Assembly: GCA_002269645.1 (NCBI GenBank)
Contig: NIVC01000573.1
Span: forward strand, 62,001-126,000
Length of the DNA stretch: 64,000 nt
DNA from: Macrostomum lignano
Taxonomy: Eukaryota
Direction: 5' to 3'
Notes under the pieces: generated by a model
What the model was told of the DNA's origin: nothing
Databases searched by the model: none
Seen by the model: only the letters and a program-made list of their open reading frames with translations
Shown: in pieces, positions 60,640 through 64,000 of the stretch
How positions within the stretch are numbered: position 1 is the stretch's first letter
Layout: each line of letters begins with the position of its first letter
Made by a program: the position numbers and the translations under genes

Positions 60640-63600
60640 ATCTGTCCCTGTCTGTCTCAGCCTGCTGTCTATCCCTGTCTGTCTCAGCCTGCTGTCTATC
60701 CCTGTCTGTCTCAGCCTGCTGTCTATCCCTGTCTGTCTCAGCCTGCTGTCTATCCCTGTCTGTCTCAGTCTGCTGTCTATCCCTGTCTGTCTCAGCCTGC
60801 TGTCTATCCCTGTCTGTCTCAGCCTGCTGTCTATCCCTGTCTGTCTCAGCCTGCTGTCTATCCCTGTCTGTCTCAGTCTGCTGTCTATCCCTGTCTGTCT
60901 CAGCCTGCTGTCTATCCCTGTCTGTCTCAGCCTGCTGTCTATCCCTGTCTGTCTCAGCCCGCTGTCTATCCCTGTCTGTCTCAGCCTGCTGTCTATCCCT
61001 GTCTGTCTCAACCTGCTGTCTATCCCTGTCTGTCTCAGCCTGCTGTCTATCCCTGTCTGTCTCAGCCTGCCTGTCTCAGTCTACTGTCTATCCCTGTCTG
61101 TCTCAGCCTGCTGTCTATCCCTGCCTGTCTCAGCCTGCTGTCTATCCCTGCCTGTCTCAGCCTGCTGTCTATCCCTGTCTGTCTCAGCCTGCTGTCTATC
61201 CCTGTCTGTCTCAGCCTGCTGTCTATCCCTGTCTGTCTCAGCCCGCTGTCTATCCCTGCCTGTCTCAGCCTGCTGTCTATCCCTGTCTGTCTCAGCCTGC
61301 TGTCTATCCCTGTCTGTCTCAGCCCGCTGTCTATCCCTGCCTGTCTCAGCCTGCTGTCTATCCCTGTCTGTCTCAGCCTGCTGTCTATCCCTGTCTGTCT
61401 CAGCCTGCTGTCTATCCCTGTCTGTCTCAGCCTGCTGTCTATCCCTGTCTGTCTCAGCCTGCCTGTCTCAGCCTACTGTCTATCCCTGTCTGTCTCAGCC
61501 TGCCTGTCTCAGCCTGCTGTCTATCCCTGTCTGTCTCAGCCCGCTGTCTATCCCTGTCTGTCTCAGCCCGCTGTCTATCCCTGCCTGTCTCAGCCTGCTG
61601 TCTATCCCTGTCTGTCTCAGCCCGCTGTCTATCCCTGCCTGTCTCAGCCTGCTGTCTATCCCTGTCTGTCTCAGCCCGCTGTCTATCCCTGCCTGTCTCA
61701 GCCTACCTGTTTCAGCCTGCTGTCTATCCCTGTCTGTCTCAGCCTGCCTGTCTCAGCCTACTGTCTATCCCTGTCTGTCTCAACCTGCCTGTCTCAGCCT
61801 GCTGTCTATCCCTGTCTGTCTCAACCTGCTGTCAGCCTGTCTGTCTCAGCCTGCTGTCTATCCCTGTCTGTCTCAGCCTGCTGTCTATCCCTGTCTGTCT
61901 CAGCCCGCTGTCTATCCCTGCCTGTCTCAGCCTGCTGTCTATCCCTGTCTGTCTCAGCCTGCTGTCTATCCCTGTCTGTCTCAGCCTGCTGTCTATCCCT
62001 GTCTGTCTCAGCCCGCTGTCTATCCCTGTCTGTCTCAGCCTGCTGTCTATCCCTGTCTGTCTCAGCCCGCTGTCTATCCCTGTCTGTCTCAGCCTGCTGT
62101 CTATCCCTGTCTGTCTCAGCCCGCTGTCTATCCCTGTCTGTCTCAGCCTGCTGTCTATCCCTGTCTGTCTCAGCCTGCTGTCTATCCCTGTCTGTCTCAG
62201 CCTGCTGTCTATCCCTGTCTGTCTCAGCCTGCTGTCTATCCCTGTCTGTCTCAGCCTGCTGTCTATCCCTGTCTGTCTCAGCCTGCTGTCTATCCCTGTC
62301 TGTCTCAGCCTGCTGTCTATCCCTGTCTGTCTCAGCCTGCTGTCTATCCCTGTCTGTCTCAGCCCGCTGTCTATCCCTGCCTGTCTCAGCCTGCTGTCTA
62401 TCCCTGTCTGTCTCAGCCTGCTGTCTATCCCTGTCTGTCTCAGCCCGCTGTCTATCCCTGTCTGTCTCAGCCTGCTGTCTATCCCTGTCTGTCTCAGCCT
62501 GCTGTCTATCCCTGTCTGTTTCAGCCTGCCTGTCTCAGCCTGCTGTCTATCCCTGTCTGTCTCAGCCTGCTGTCTATCCCTGTCTGTTTCAGCCTGCCTG
62601 TCTCAGCCTGCTGTCTATCCCTGTCTGTCTCAGCCCGCTGTCTATCCCTGTCTGTCTCAGCCGCTGTCTATCCCTGCCTGTCTCAGCCTGCTGTCTATCC
62701 CTGTCTGTCTCAGCCTGCTGTCTATCCCTGTCTGTCTCAGCCGCTGTCTATCCCTGCCTGTCTCAGCCTGCTGTCTATCCCTGTCTGTCTCAGCCTGCTG
62801 TCTATCCCTGCCTGTCTCAGCCTGCTGTCTATCCCTGTCTGTCTCAGCCTGCTGTCTATCCCTGTCTGTCTCAGCCCGCTGTCTATCCCTGCCTGTCTCA
62901 GCCTGCTCTCTATCCCTGTCTGTCTCAGCCTGCTGTCTATCCCTGCCTGTCTCAGCCTGCTGTCTATCCCTGTCTGTCTCAGCCTGCTGTCTATCCCTGT
63001 CTGTCTCAGCCTGCTGTCTATCCCTGTCTGTCTCAGCCCGCTGTCTATCCCTGCCTGTCTCAGCCTGCTGTCTATCCCTGTCTGTCTCAGCCTGCAGTCT
63101 ATCCCTGTCTGTCTCAGCCCGCTGTCTATCCCTGCCTGTCTCAGCCCGCTGTCTATCCCTGTCTGTCTCAGCCTGCTGTCTATCCCTGTCTGTCTCAGCC
63201 TGCTGTCTATCCCTGTCTGTCTCAGCCTGCTGTCTATCCCTGTCTGTCTCAGCCTGCTGTCTATCCCTGCCTGTCTCAGCCTGCTGTCTATCCCTGTCTG
63301 TCTCAGCCTGCTGTCTATCCCTGTCTGTCTCAGCCTGCTGTCTATCCCTGTCTGTCTCAGCCCGCTGTCTATCCCTGTCTGTCTCAGCCTGCTGTCTATC
63401 CCTGTCTGTCTCAGCCCGCTGTCTATCCCTGCCTGTCTCAGCCTGCTGTCTATCCCTGTCTGTCTCAGCCGCTGTCTATCCCTGTCTGTCTCAGCCTGCT
63501 GTCTATCCCTGTCTGTCTCAGCCTGCTGTCTATCCCTGTCTGTCTCAGCCTGCTGTCTATCCCTGTCTGTCTCAGCCTGCTGTCTATCCCTGTCTGTCTC

Positions 63601-64000
63601 AGCCTGCTGTCTATCCCTGTCTGTCTCAGCCTGCTGTCTATCCCTGTCTGTCTCAGCCTGCTGTCTATCCCTGTCTGTCTCAGCCTGCTGTCTATCCCTG
63701 TCTGTCTCAGCCTGCTGTCTATCCCTGTCTGTCTCAGCCGCTGTCTATCCCTGCCTGTCTCAGCCTGCTGTCTATCCCTGTCTGTCTCAGCCTGCTGTCT
63801 ATCCCTGTCTGTCTCAGCCCGCTGTCTATCCCTGCCTGTCTCAGCCTGCTGTCTATCCCTGTCTGTCTCAGCCTGCTGTCTATCCCTGTCTGTCTCAGCC
63901 TGCTGTCTATCCCTGTCTGTCTCAGCCTGCTGTCTATCCCTGTCTGTCTCAGCCTGCTGTCTATCCCTGTCTGTCTCAGTCTGCTGTCTATCCCTGTCTG
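60640..64000. repeat. 27-bp minisatellite CTGCTGTCTATCCCTGTCTGTCTCAGC, running off the window end
   Basis: More than 120 copies. Confidence 0.95.

Noticed and set aside
60613-64000. RQTGIDSRL periodic ORF as a repeat protein
   Set aside because: It is a 27-bp satellite translation with no start, unique domain or terminal exon evidence.

Overview
Eukaryotic (metazoan) genomic DNA with GC-rich exons separated by introns filled with micro- and minisatellites. This architecture suggests a free-living flatworm such as Macrostomum, but that is inference and cannot be confirmed here. Spliced genes reconstructed by hand, with phase-consistent junctions: a 4-exon melatonin-receptor-like GPCR (521-3279, -), a 17-exon clathrin heavy chain (16668-34136, -, about 1745 aa), a METTL27-like SAM methyltransferase with two alternative paralogous first coding exons (37558-40173, -), a 7-exon gamma-glutamyltranspeptidase (43557-48373, +), and a divergent class A GPCR whose 5' exon was not found (58032-59897, +). 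Also present: a LamG/ConA-like ORF split by a 1-nt frameshift, an intronless bacterial-looking methyltransferase-like ORF (52324-53103, -), and two decayed ALK/LTK-type glycine-rich domain copies. Mobile elements: an IS630/Tc1-like TIR element with a hAT-type MITE (8-bp TSD) nested in its TIR, an internally deleted Gypsy LTR element with TSD and PPT, and several tRNA-derived SINEs. About 40 tandem arrays explain most of the long ORFs in the supplied track. No CRISPR, rRNA or intact tRNA genes were found.
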